A DNA stretch of 64,000 nt from Podarcis muralis (Eukaryota): assembly GCF_964188315.1 (NCBI RefSeq), contig NC_135656.1, positions 42,222,001 to 42,286,000 on the forward strand. The letters run 5' to 3'. Position 1 is the first letter of the stretch, and each line of letters starts with the position of its first letter. The notes below the pieces were generated by a model. That model saw only the letters and a program-made list of their open reading frames with translations. It searched no databases and had not been told where the DNA came from. Positions 43,688 to 55,207 of this stretch are shown here, one piece after another. A program made the position numbers and the translations under genes.

Positions 43688-44008
43688 AACTTGAATCCGT
43701 ACAATGGGTTGAGCTCCCATTGCTCTGTCACAGCTTCTGCCAACCTAGCAGTTTGAAAGCATACCAGTGCAAGTAGGTACCGCTGCAGAGGGATGGTAAA
43801 TGGCATTTCAGTGTGCTCTGGCACTTATCACCGTGTCCTATTGCGCCGCAAGTGGTTTAGTCATGCTGGCCACATGACCCAGAAAGCTGTCTGTGGACAA
43901 ACGCCAGCTCCCTCGATCTGAAAGCGAGGTGAGCATCGCAGCCCATAGTTGCCTTTGACTGGACTTAACTGTCCAGGGGTCCTTTACTTTACCTTACCTT
44001 TACCTTTA
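43688..44008 (+). mobile_element. Sauria SINE (Squam1), 5'-eroded
   Basis: gagctccc..ctgccaacctagcagtttgaaagc...gctggccacatgaccc...aggggtcc followed by a (ttacct)n tail. Confidence 0.9.
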
Positions 44009-44749
44009 ACTAAGGCTATGCTTAGGTATGCCCGTGTTTTTATAGGTATCATTGACCTCCTGCTTCAGAATATGTGGACGAAAGGGAGTGCTGAACGATT
44101 GACCTGCTTCGAGTCGAGCCTTCTCTTCCCCCACCCATATATATACATGAGAAATATCAAGTATAAAATAGATAGGGTTCTTTCCGGTGCTTCCACCTTA
44201 AAGGCAGCTTGCCCATGTCGCCATAGGCGCTGTGGATCGGAGATGAGAGTTTACGATCCAAGTCCTCTGCTCCAGTAGGTGAACAAAGGCTCCCTCTTCT
44301 ATAATCTTCCTTTCCGGTCTGCTGAAAGAATAATGACGAGCTGGGAAGAGCAAGGGCCTAGCTTATTCTGCGAATGAGGTTCCCACTGGGGGTTGTTTTG
44401 TAGTGAAGAAACTGGTCCCCGTCGCCTTTTCCACTGTGTATTTAGCATCTTTTTCGGGACTGGTGGTGCACCAAGGGCTTGCTTTTGTCTGAAAGGCTGG
44501 TATATTCTATGTGTCATAGCGCCGCATTCCCATGCGTGCAACTGGGCAGAGTGAAGCGCCACAGAATTCCCAGCCCCGAGGAATAATATTTTATTATTAT
44601 TATCATCGAGCACCAACAGCCTTAGAGCTCAAAAGTAACCCGGTCAGCGGACTAACAAGCAGGAGAGCTATGTGACATGATGGTAGTCTTTGCTAAACGC
44701 TTTCGTGGGCAATTAATTCCCTGACTGTTGGCAGTAGCAAATTTATCCG

Positions 44750-46560
44750 CGGGGTCGGATTGGACCTGCTGGCGAGATCAGAAACGGGGATGTGGTGCAT
44801 TCTAACGAGCAAAGTTTGTTCTGTCACGTTTCCGGGTATCTGTGGTGCGCGCGCGGGAAGGACTGGAGACAAGAGCGGCAGTTCCTACGTTCTTCAAAGA
44901 GCAAGCAGCACCTTTGTGAGGCGGTAAGCCCCATCTCCCAAGCACCATCATTCGCTTGCGAGGCGGCGGCGGCGGCGACGCAGCTTCCTTCCCTCTCCCG
45001 CTTTGCCTTACGCTATCCCTCACGCGCCGTCTCCCTGGCCGGACTGAGGAGCGCTCCTCCCGGCGCCCACTCGGAGGGATCCTTACTCGAAGGGGCGTGG
45101 CCGTGAGGTAAGGGAACCTTGGATTCGAAGTCCTGTGCCCTGCGCGAGGCGTGGCTTGTTGCGTGGTGACGTAACGCGCTGCGTGGTGAGGTCAGTGCAG
45201 CCCCGCCGTTGCTGGTCCCGCTGCCCGTCGCTCTCTGCCCTGGTCTGTTCGCCGTGGTCCCCGACCCTCCCTACGGAGTGCGGCGCTTCCCCTTCACTCA
45301 GGGCTTTGCTGGATTTGGCCTGGTTGGAGGCTGGTGACAACGCGGCCTTCTCCGGCTCTCCGCCCGCCGTCAGGTAAGAGCTGGGCCGGGCCGGGAGAGG
45401 CTGCGGGGGTTGGTATTCTCCTTGTTCAGTTACGTTGTCTTGTCGGCGTAACCCGCATTGCGTAATGTGACCGTTGCGTCAGGCGACTTACGCTTTTTGC
45501 GTCGAGGCCTATTGCGCAAAGGTCTTACGCGAGCCTCCTCAGCCTACGCTGCCTGGTGTCTCTGGTGTCCCGTGCCCGCGCGTGAGCAGGGCAACTTCTC
45601 CCACCCCACTCCCCTCTGCATTTTCGCGGTGGACGGCTAAGTTTCACGGTGGGTTAATCGGGAACAAGATGTGGCTCGCTATTTCGCACGGTTACGCGGA
45701 TTGCGGTAGGTGGTGTGAAAGGCTTATGGTGGCTACGCCGTTTCCGTAAGCGCTGCTTCGCTGCTCCCTTTAAGGGTACGTGATTGCCGTAAGTATGTCC
45801 GTGCCCTCCGCCTGTACCGCTATGAGGCCGGGGTGCGTTGTGGGCGGCCCTCGCGCCGCCCTTGCACATCGGGCCTTCCGCTGGCTGGGATGCATATTCG
45901 AAACGGCGGAGGGCCTTCCCGCCGAGGGCGCCCGGATCCCGTGCGCGGGTGGCGCAGTAAGCGAACCTGGGCGGGGCGGGTGCTGATGGTACTTCCTGCC
46001 GCCGCCATTTTGTCATCGAGCAGGAGGGGGAAGCGGCGGTAGTAGCGGCCGCGGCTCCGGTAGGGAGAGCGGCGGGGCGGGCGAGAGGGAAGCGGCGGCG
46101 GCGCTAGCGGAGGCTCCGCTGCGAGAGGGCGCCGGTCTGACCGGCTCCTCGGAGCAGGGCGCGCGCGAGGCAGGCGGCTCCGCCTCTCCGCTCCGTGCCC
46201 TGCCTGCCAAAGGTTGCGGTTCCTGTAGGCCTGGCTCGACCGCTACTCCTGCCCGGCGCCGCCCCCACCTGGCTCCCCCCGTGAGCGGGTCTGGCCGTGC
46301 CTTGGCCCCCTGCGAGTTGCGGGGGGGGGGGGGCTGTGCCGGCTGGTCTCCTGGCTCGGGACCGGCACGTTTATTGGCTTCCTGTTGTGTAGCCTGATAG
46401 CGAAAGGCCCGGAGGATGCGCGGCAAGCGGCGTCCCGCCTAACAAGGCCGCAGTTGGCAACGGTGTGCAGAGGCAGCAGCGGATCTTTCGCTTGCGACCC
46501 GATTCGGAGCGTTGCCGGCGGCCGATTCCTTAACTGCCCGATTTAAGTACGTACAAACGG
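44750..46560 (+). promoter_or_regulatory. CpG-island promoter of the next gene, with candidate non-coding first exons
   Basis: Very high CpG density. E2F-like GCGCGGGAA near 44851, CRE-like TGACGTAA near 45167, GC boxes 45969-45980, ETS ACTTCCTG 45991-45998 next to YY1 GCCGCCATTTT 46001-46011. Donors GAG|gtaagg (45107), CAG|gtaaga (45373), CCC|gtgagc (46280). Confidence 0.85.
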
Positions 46561-48351
46561 CTGCGCGCTGTTTGTGCCTCTGTGAGGACCACACGTAATG
46601 GCTCTTTCTCCCTTCCCAACCTTTGCCCCCGCAGTCAACAAATCAACAAAAGCCTTAAAGCGGTGCCATGTAGTTCAGTGGGATCTAACGGTAGATTTGG
46701 ATTATAACGCAGATATCTGACGGGTGGTCCAGTAGAAACCCTGCACTTAATATGAGGAGCCTTTTGTGGGGTGGGGTTTGAGGGCTGCATTCTTAGCAGG
46801 TCTGGAAAGCTTCACTAGGTAGAAGTGGATCATGATTAGAACAGACTACCGTTTGTTAGAACAACTGCAAAACTAAAAATTTTTATTTAGTCCGCAGAGA
46901 GTGGCCACTTAGTAGTAACATAAGTGGATATTTAGTGATTGTGTGTGGTGATAATGGTTTTTGTATAGATGGGTCCTTACATAATGTTGGATGCTTTTTG
47001 TAAGTGTTCATATACATAGTGCGTGTTATGATAAAATCAGCGGTCATCCTTGCTTTCTTTTAGCTGAATGCTTGTCTTATTGCAATTTTAATTTAAGCTA
47101 ATAAAGTTTATAATAATTTCCCAAAAAAATTGATCAACATTGCTAGTAGGCTTCTTTGGGGGCAAAGTGATTATTCACCTTAAGTTATACAGTTGCAGTA
47201 GTGAAATAGGGACTAAGTCTGAAAATGCTAAATTGCGCATTTCAAGGTGAAGGATGCAGTCCAAACTCAACGTACTTGGGAGTAAACCACATTGAATTCA
47301 GTGGAACTTCTGAATAAACAAGCTTAGAATTGTGCTGTCCAGTAAATCAGTGTGGATATAGCATGCAACCTATTACATAGGCAGAGTCTCACACTAACCT
47401 GACCTGCAGTTGTTGTTTTTATTACTCTGTAATGATGGTAATTTCCCCTCTTGGTTTCTTGCAGAGGATTTTTTTTCTGAGAATGCATTTGCCAGTGCTT
47501 TAGTAAAGTTGGAACTGAACAAGAACAGTTTATCACAATTTAATTAATATCCCTCTGGTCCCAACAGCTGCAATAGTCCCAACTATATGGAGGCTGGGCT
47601 CAGATATGTTCTTGAAGCAGTTACCACTGTATTATGACCTCCTGGCTCTTGTGTAGTGCTTCCTGATTCTTCTTTATCCCTTCTCTCACCTGCAGCAGAT
47701 TATAATAGTTGTGGGGTGAATTATTATCTGTGGGACAGTCAAATAAGTTTGTTTGCTTTCAGAGGTAAATTTTATTCCTTTCATTATAACCAGTGGTTGC
47801 AGGCTACTGATTGGGTTGCTGAAAGTGAACCTGCTGCCCCAGGACCATGTAATAATGATATGGAAGGAAATTACCTGCTTCCGTGGAAAAAAATATTTAT
47901 GGAGTGTTTGGATTGGCCACTAGCCATTTTTGTTTATGGTTGTTAGACTTTAAAATTGCATCTGAACTCCATGGAGCATGCAGCTATGCATGAGGAACAG
48001 CTTAAACTAGCATCACAGTAGAACATTTCTTATGGTCACAGTTTGTTTCACAGTACATGAAATTTCACTATGGCTTTGCCTACACAAGATGGTCAATTGT
48101 ACAGCTACAGAATTCTAGCTAATCAGAGGTTGTATTGCCTTTGATATTATTGTGCATCAGGCAAAAGCTGCTTCATACATTTTCTTGTATAAAAACTGCC
48201 CATTTTGCTTCATAAACACTTGCTTATAATTTTTGTATATTTTCAAGAATGCATAAAGCTGTGACTTGTGAAAGTCAAAAGTGTACGTGTTTTGTCAGTA
48301 TGTCTATATAGGAAAAATATAATGCACGAAGTAGACATGATATAGGTGAAA

Positions 48352-48727
48352 CAGTGTTTGAAATTCCCATTGTTCTAGGCACATTTTGTGATGGAATTTC
48401 ATTAGTGCAAGCAGGTTCTGAGCTCTGGGTGCAATACTGCACCTGAGATTTCAAATTAAAATTACAGAGTGGAAGGAAAGGAGCACCTTTTTCTGCCTCC
48501 CCACTTCCTGCTACTCTATGAAGACTGGAGAAGAGTCCTGCCTAAGAATATTAGGGGGGTGGACTAGACTGTGTGAAAAATGAACTTAATATTTTAGCTG
48601 AAGTTCATTCATTTGTATTGTATTCTTGTTATAAAAAAGCACACCCAGACATTCCGTTGTTGCGCCCATCACCTCAGTTTAAGGAGCCTTTTAGTTCCTA
48701 GCTTTCATATCTCATTTTTCAACACCG
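48352..48727. mobile_element. hAT non-autonomous element, sister of 10536-10961
   Basis: CAGTGTTTGAAA ... TTTCAACACCG; collinear with the 10536 copy. Confidence 0.8.
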
Positions 48728-49652
48728 ATGTAAAGGTATGCTTGCCAGTGTACAATGTAATTCAAATCTACAATTTCTTGTATTTCCCATCTCCCCAGGT
48801 TAAATCATTTAGTTTTTATTTCCTTTATTTATTTGAGGTTTCGCTTGGTTACATTAGCCAAAATAAAAATGTCTAATGGTCAGCAATGGGAGTTCAACAA
48901 TATACGGAGGGCATCACGTTGGCTATCTTTAGTTTAGTGCAAAGGGCTGGTAGTGATACAGTTGAAGCACGTTTAAGTTCTTATATGCAGGTAGGGATGT
49001 AGTTCAGTCTGCATTAGCAGCATTCTAGGAATTTGTTGGCATGTGGAAGTGTGTCTAAAGTGCATCCTTTTGACATGCCGATTTGTTATGGAATTTGTTG
49101 TCATTTTGCATTTTTCTTTTGTCAACTGGCCTGGGATCTTTGGATGGAGGGCAGTATACAAACGTAACATAATTATAATAATAATGCTGTAGTTTGTATT
49201 CATTTCACACAATAATCTGATAAATTGAACTCTGCTGTTTTTCGTGTAGCCCTCTTAAATCTCATTGGTTTGAAGGAGACCCTTACTCATACCCCTCAGA
49301 CGGCACATGCAGCCACAGCTGTAGGAGTCTTCAGAACAGGTGGTCTACTGTACGTTCTGGCAGAATGTATGGTTACTTAAGAGTGTAAATCCATCTTTAG
49401 TTCCTACCAGTTGTATATCTTTACGTGGAACTTAGTGGTGGTCTTAGGAATATGAATGTTTGACTTAATGTGTTTGTCAAACTGTATGCACTAGACCCAC
49501 AACTTACATGTGATTTACTTATACGATTGCAGCTTTGCGTGGGTGCTGGGAAAATAAATAAATAAATGGCCGGGAAAGGAGAATTTTCTTGAATCTGCAG
49601 TGGTTTAAATATTTAAGTATCCATCAAAGCACCTGGGCCATTCCAATTCTTA

Positions 49653-50011
49653 AAGGTAAAGGTATCCCTGCCCGTACGGGCCAGTTGTGTCCGACTTTGG
49701 GGTTGCGTGCTCATCTCGCTCTAGAGGCCGTGAGCCGGCGCTGTCCGCAGACACTTCCGGGTAACGTGGCCAGCGTGACGAAGCTGCAGCTGGCGAGCCA
49801 GCACCAGCACAGCACACGGAAACCCCGTTTACCTTCCCGCTATAAAGCGGTCCCTATTTATCTACTTGCACTTAAGAGTGCTTTTGAACTGCTAGGTGGG
49901 CAGGAGCTGGGACCGAACGACGGGAGCTCACCCCACTGTGGGGATTCGAACCGGGGACCATACGATCGGCAAGTCTTAGGCACTGAGGTTTTACCCACAG
50001 CGCCACCCGCG
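49653..50011 (-). mobile_element. Full-length Sauria SINE with 12-bp TSD
   Basis: aaggtaaagg tail to cgccacccgcg head; B-box ggattcgaacc; ttccaattctta at 49641-49652 and 50012-50023. Confidence 0.95.
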
Positions 50012-50402
50012 TTCCAATTCTTACATTATCATTAAATAGCAATGTCCCAGTCTGGTATGTATGATCATGAGAACTACGCATGGTACATTCCCACATAAGG
50101 CATTTCCACCCAGTTCTCTTGTTTGGGGTTGTTGTTTTTTTAGTTGTTCCCAAAATTATCAGGTTTTTAAAAAAATGAGCGAAATGTGTTTTAAGACAAT
50201 TTGTATTGTGAAGACACAATTCTGTATAGAATGTGCTACACTTTCATGTACTACAAATGGTTGTCTTTGCTTGTGAAATGCTGCTTTCTTCTGGTAACCT
50301 TTCAAATAGTGTGGAGATAAGTAGAAGCAAGTACCCTGCAGCAGCTGTCTTTTTGACATGGCCTCTGCCTTATGACTGTCCTTTTCACTTCTCACTTCAG
50401 AC

Positions 50403-50539
50403 CAGGCATAGGCAAACTCCGGCCCTCCAGATAAATTGGGACTACAATTCCCATCATCCCTGACCACTGGTCCTGTTAGCTAGAGATGATGGGAATTGTA
50501 GTCCCAAACATCTGGAGGGCCAGAGTTTGCCTATGCCTG
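50403..50539. mobile_element. 137-bp palindromic hAT MITE
   Basis: TIR CAGGCATAGGCAAACTC/GAGTTTGCCTATGCCTG; perfect 8-bp TSD cttcagac. Confidence 0.93.
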
Positions 50540-50599
50540 CTTCAGACCAGAAAGGTGTTTTCACACCTAATGTTAAACCTTAGTAAATGTTTAACTGTG

Positions 50600-51250
50600 G
50601 TTTAATGTATGGGGGTATAGGGGATGTTGGGGGAGGAGTAATACCTCTGGTGGGAGACATGTTGTCCTCCTTCTGGGGTAGTTTGTCTACCTTTGGTCTT
50701 CACCCTGCACTCAGTTTTCACCAGTGGCTCCTAGAAGCTGTCAGCATGCAGCTGCTTCCCAGGAATTGCTTTGATTGGCTGGCTAAACGTGGTGAGGGTA
50801 GCTGATGAGTCTCAACCCTTAGGTGACTTTCCCTACATGTGAATTGAATGGACAAAATCAGTAGTGGGTACAGTGGTCAAGAATGCAGTTTCTGCACCTG
50901 CCGTAGAGGGCAGTGAGGGGCAGGTGGGGCTTGTCAACCTGGGAAGGTAGCCTGTCTCAGAGAAGGAAAACTCTGATCATAAAGCTCTGCTGCTTTGCGG
51001 GAGGAAAAAAGCCTAAAGAGTTGGATGGTGCTTTGTACGCCTCCTCTGTCAACTCCTCCAGCTAAGCTATTTCTCTGCTTTCCTGTGGACCACATCAGCA
51101 AGGGTGCAATTGGGGGGGGGGAGGTCTTGCCTTCTGGGCAGCCCAGCCCAGGATCTCCATACACACTGCCCAGGCTTACACCCTGAGGAGATCACTTTGG
51201 TGCTGCTAACAAAGTGGTTTGATGTCACTAGTAGCATGGTAGTGGAGACT
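50600..51250 (+). mobile_element. Probable RTE-clade LINE 5' region remnant
   Basis: ggcttgtcaacctgggaaggtagcc...gagaaggaaaactctga resembles recalled RTE 5' sequences; not verifiable here. Confidence 0.35.
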
Positions 51251-52459
51251 GTTTGCTCTCATGTTCCTGATCATGACTGTGGGAGCAATAAAAACAAGCT
51301 TTTGCTTCACGTGTTGTCTAAACCTGTGCTCTTAGTTTGTTTCCCCAAAACACACCATGAACAGTAATCTAGGAACAAACTCTCCTATCACTTGTACTTT
51401 GTGCAAACCACAAGCCCTGGATTAGACAACACAATAGGCCAAGATTTGTGGTTTGTTGGTCCTAGTGTGGGGAGGAGCAAAATAGGAATTTTGAGCATCA
51501 TGCACCAGCATTAACTGTAGCATAATGTGAAACACAAACCAGGTCATACACTGCTACAAAACTCGTGGTATTTATCTTTTTGATGCTCCAATCCTGTGTG
51601 TACTTACCTGGAAGCAAGCCGTGATCAAATGGCGGTCTTAATTCTGAGTAATCATGTTTGCCTAGTAATTTTCTTCAGTATACTGAACAGCACACTTATA
51701 TGCTAAAGGATACATTTTTATTTTGCTAAAGGAGTCAAATAACTTTAATTGTTCTGGACATTATACATTTCTAGAAAGGAAAAGGAGAGGTGGAAATGAG
51801 AACAAGGAATGCATCAGGAAGCAACCTCAGTCTAGGTAGTAGTCAGCAGAAGTAGAAGATGAGCAGAAGTGGGAAAGGAAAGTGGAAGAGACTGACTGAG
51901 CAGTCATTCAGATGATCTTGCCAGGACACAAAGGTTTGATCAGTAAGTTGTTCCAGGAATTGCGGGCGGAAGCTTAATAGTTAGACTATCCCAGTTACCA
52001 AGCACTACAATTGAGAGTTGTAGGAGTTGAGGTGGGTTTCAGCCCTGCCAGTTTATTTTCCATGCCAGAGTTTGTCCTGTAGCAACTGTTAACCACACAT
52101 GTAGAACCCAGCCAAGCTACCTGACCACTTTCTTCAGTCTCACCCCCTGACAGTATTGGCTCAGAAGTAAAATGAAGGCCACATGAATGAGAAAAGTGCC
52201 AGTATTGCCCAAAGTAGTACTAAGGGAAGCTTAGCTGGATACTATGCCTCTCTGAGAGAGCCAGTGTGGTATAGTGATTGATTGTGTTATAGTATAGTTT
52301 GTTAAAGTGGAAGGTAAATACTTAAAAGATTCCCATTAATATGGTTTCCACTATTCAGCTTCTAGAGAAGTGTCGCCTTGCTATACTGTTGTCTCCATAC
52401 CTGCTGCTGCCAGCACTACTTTTCTGCCCTTCTTGCTGCTTCTGTCACTGGCAGAGAAG

Positions 52460-53120
52460 TTGTGTTAGAAACTAGTCAGGCGCAAGGTACATTTTGCTAC
52501 TGGTGCGGGTCCAATTGCGACCACATGGAGATCTTTGGATGCCACGTTGGTGACTGACATCTCCGTCTGGCTGGCCCCTCCAGCTTTCCTAAGCAGAAGC
52601 GCTTATTTATTGCTTATATATTCCACCTTTTTCTCCAAGGAGCCCATGTTTCAGTGTGTTGTAAACCTTTTGAGATTTTTTTCTTTAAAATATAAAATGG
52701 CATAGAAATGAAACAAGTAATAATAACAAGTGCCATTGAGAGAGCAGTCAAAATCAGTATTAGAAACTCAGATATATAAGTTAATTGCTAAATGCACCTT
52801 AAACCTAGGTTGCGGTCGCCACAGCGGAATGTTTACGTGCCTTTCTTTTCCTGGTGGGATTTATTATTATTAATATTTTTCATTTCGATACTGCTTCATA
52901 TTTTAAAGAACAAATCCCAGAACCGTTTACAACACATTAAAATATAAAATAAAACAATCCAGAATAAAACAGATTCAAGCTTCAAGGAAAATATTTCAGA
53001 TCCTTCTCTAAGTGACATTTTCCTTTCCCCATTTGCCCATCTGGCATCCAGAGATCTCCACATGGTCGCAGTTGGACACAACGCAAGTCGCAAAACTCAC
53101 CTGGCTCATTTCTAACACTA
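52460..53120. mobile_element. Two tail-to-tail copies of a ~365-bp hAT-like element (partial 52460-52722, complete reverse copy 52755-53120)
   Basis: TIR CAGT(A/G)TTAGAAA; shared blocks gcgacca.atggagatct.tggatgcc and tgttgtaaac...aaaatat; same family as 54427-55207. Confidence 0.7.
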
Positions 53121-53142
53121 GTTTAAAAGTATAAAATAAATA

Positions 53143-53318
53143 GTAGGAACATCATAAGACAATGCTGGATTAGGCCAGTGGCCCATCCAGCATCCTGTTC
53201 TCACAGTAATCATATAAGATGTCTGCAGCCCACAAGCAAGATTCGAGCACAAGAACACTCTCCCCTCCCATGGTTTCTAGCAACTGGCATTTGGAAGCAT
53301 ACTGCCTTGTGGAGGTAA
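53143..53318 (-). mobile_element. CR1 3' UTR fragment
   Basis: gctggattaggccagtggcccatccagcatcctgttctcacagt...cacaagcaag...ctagcaactggc. Confidence 0.75.
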
Positions 53319-54426
53319 AACGGGCTAGAATCTTACGTTATGGGACCTAGTTATTTTAAAACCTACGTTTGCCAATATATTTTAAAATCGGGGTGCAAAG
53401 TATTTCTGATGCCTTCTGTCCAAGTCCTTTCTTTCACTGTGAAATCAGAGTGCAAGGTCCTTTTCTGATGGGAGACGCTATGTCCAGAAAGCAAAGAAAT
53501 GTGTTGGAATGCAGCATAGCTTTACAGAGAACTGAAGCATAACTTAGAAAGACTTGAGAATTGTGAAATATAAATAAAAACAATGCTTTTCTTCCTTGCA
53601 GGCAACTGAATCTGGTTTTATACTCATATTATCAAATCATCTACTGAATGTGTCTGGGATTGTAGCAGGGTAGGCTAGCAACTACCATTGTTTCCCCCTG
53701 TTTATAAATGGTTTTGTCCTACCTGTCTTTATTTGCCTCTTCATCTGCAGACTTACCTAAGAAACCTACGTCCTTTGCTTTCCTTCTGTTCAGGTGTAAT
53801 CCATTCCTGTGGCCATGTTAATGAAATGCTCATCAAATAGTTACAGACTGTTGCATAATTTTTGCTTTGAGATAAATGAATCCTTGTATAATGAGCAGAC
53901 TTTTTGTTGCTGCTTGCCAAGAAGTATAGAGAACAAACATGTCCATGCTTCTCAGAGTTCTGCACTATCACTCAGTAGCTTTTCCCAGCCAGTATCCGTG
54001 CTGTTTGTTTATTTCCATGTCCACATTCATTCTTGAATAGTTGTTAAGCATATTGGTATCAGTTCCCAATATAAAACATGCTGGTTTGATGTGAGAGTGA
54101 AATTTGGATTAGTGGCTTATATCTAGGCAGCTCTGCAGGGCTGGGCATGTCTTGTGCTTCTATGCTGCTGCACGAATCATGGACCCCTTGCTGGGATCCT
54201 CCATCATCACAGCTATAGGTATATTTCACTGTGCTGTACCCTTTCCACAGGCCACCCAAATGGTTCTCACAGACCATGGTTTAAAAACCTCTGCCTTAGT
54301 CCATAGTTGATACCATTTCCACTGTGTGTGTTTCTCATTCATGCATACTGGGATAAGTGAATTGTAAGAGGCAAGCAGTGTAGTTGACACCATAGAATCG
54401 TAGAATTGTAGTGCTGGTAGGGAGTC

Positions 54427-55207
54427 CAGTGTTCGAAATTCGGCAGGCGCGTTTTGCAACTGGTGTGAGTCCAGTTGCGACCATATGGAGATCTCTGGAT
54501 GCCAGGTTGGTGACTGGGGAAAGCAAAATGTCACTTAGAGAAGGACCTACATTGACTCCAGTTCGTTTCTGAGCCCAATCAAAGTGTTGGTGCTGACCTT
54601 TAAAGCCCTAAACAGCCTCAGCCCAGTATACCTGAAGGAGCGTCTCCACTCCCATTGTTCAACCTGGACACTGAGGTCCAGCGCTGAGGGCCTTCTGGCG
54701 GTTCCCTCACTTCGAGAAGTGAAGTTACAGGAAACCAGGTAGAGGGCCTTCTCAGTAGTGTCGCCCTCCCACCAGATGTCAAAGAAGTAAACAACTACAT
54801 GACATTTAGAAGACATCTGAAGGCAGCCCTGTTTAGGGAGGTTTTAATGACTGATGTTTTAATGTATTGTTAATTTTTTTGTTGGAAGCCTCCCAGAGTG
54901 GCTGGGGAAACCCAGCCAGATGAATGGGGTAGAAATAATATATTAGTAGTAGTAGTAGTAGTATTAGAAATATTTTTCTTGGAGTTTGAGTTAGTTTTAT
55001 TCTAGATTGTTTTATTTGATGTTTTAATATGTTGTAAACCACTTTGAGATTTGTTCTTCAAAATATAAAGCAGTATAGAAATGGAATTAATCAAAATCGT
55101 CATCCCATTGAGGAGGAACAGCACCTCGACATTCCATTGTGGCGACTACAGCCCAGGTTTAATGTGCCGTTTGGCAATTAGGTTATATATCTGAGTTTCT
55201 AACATTG
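54427..55207. mobile_element. hAT-like element split by an L2 insertion; extra 3'-end fragment at 55262-55315
   Basis: CAGTGTTCGAAA ... TTTCTAACATTG; halves 54427-54548 and 54966-55207 rejoin to match the reverse complement of 52755-53120. Confidence 0.8.
54549..54965 (+). mobile_element. L2-clade LINE 3' end with (TAG)n tail
   Basis: gtgttggtgctgacctttaaagccctaaac...gacatctgaaggcagccctgtttaggg...cccagagtggctggggaaacccagccagatg; sister copy inverted at 62476-62874. Confidence 0.85.

Noticed and set aside
46319-46333. Long G or C homopolymers (also near 5085, 12560, 30147, 39659, 51112, 61424)
   Set aside because: Common, and lengths may be sequencing artefacts; no shared context.
44792-46426. 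Many overlapping ORFs in the CpG island
   Set aside because: Stop-poor GC-rich sequence; Arg/Pro/Ala-rich translations with no recognisable domain.
49653-50011. tRNA gene suggested by B-box GGTTCGAATCC (also 57030 and 61940 regions)
   Set aside because: These are tRNA-derived heads of Sauria and Squam3 SINEs, with no cloverleaf.
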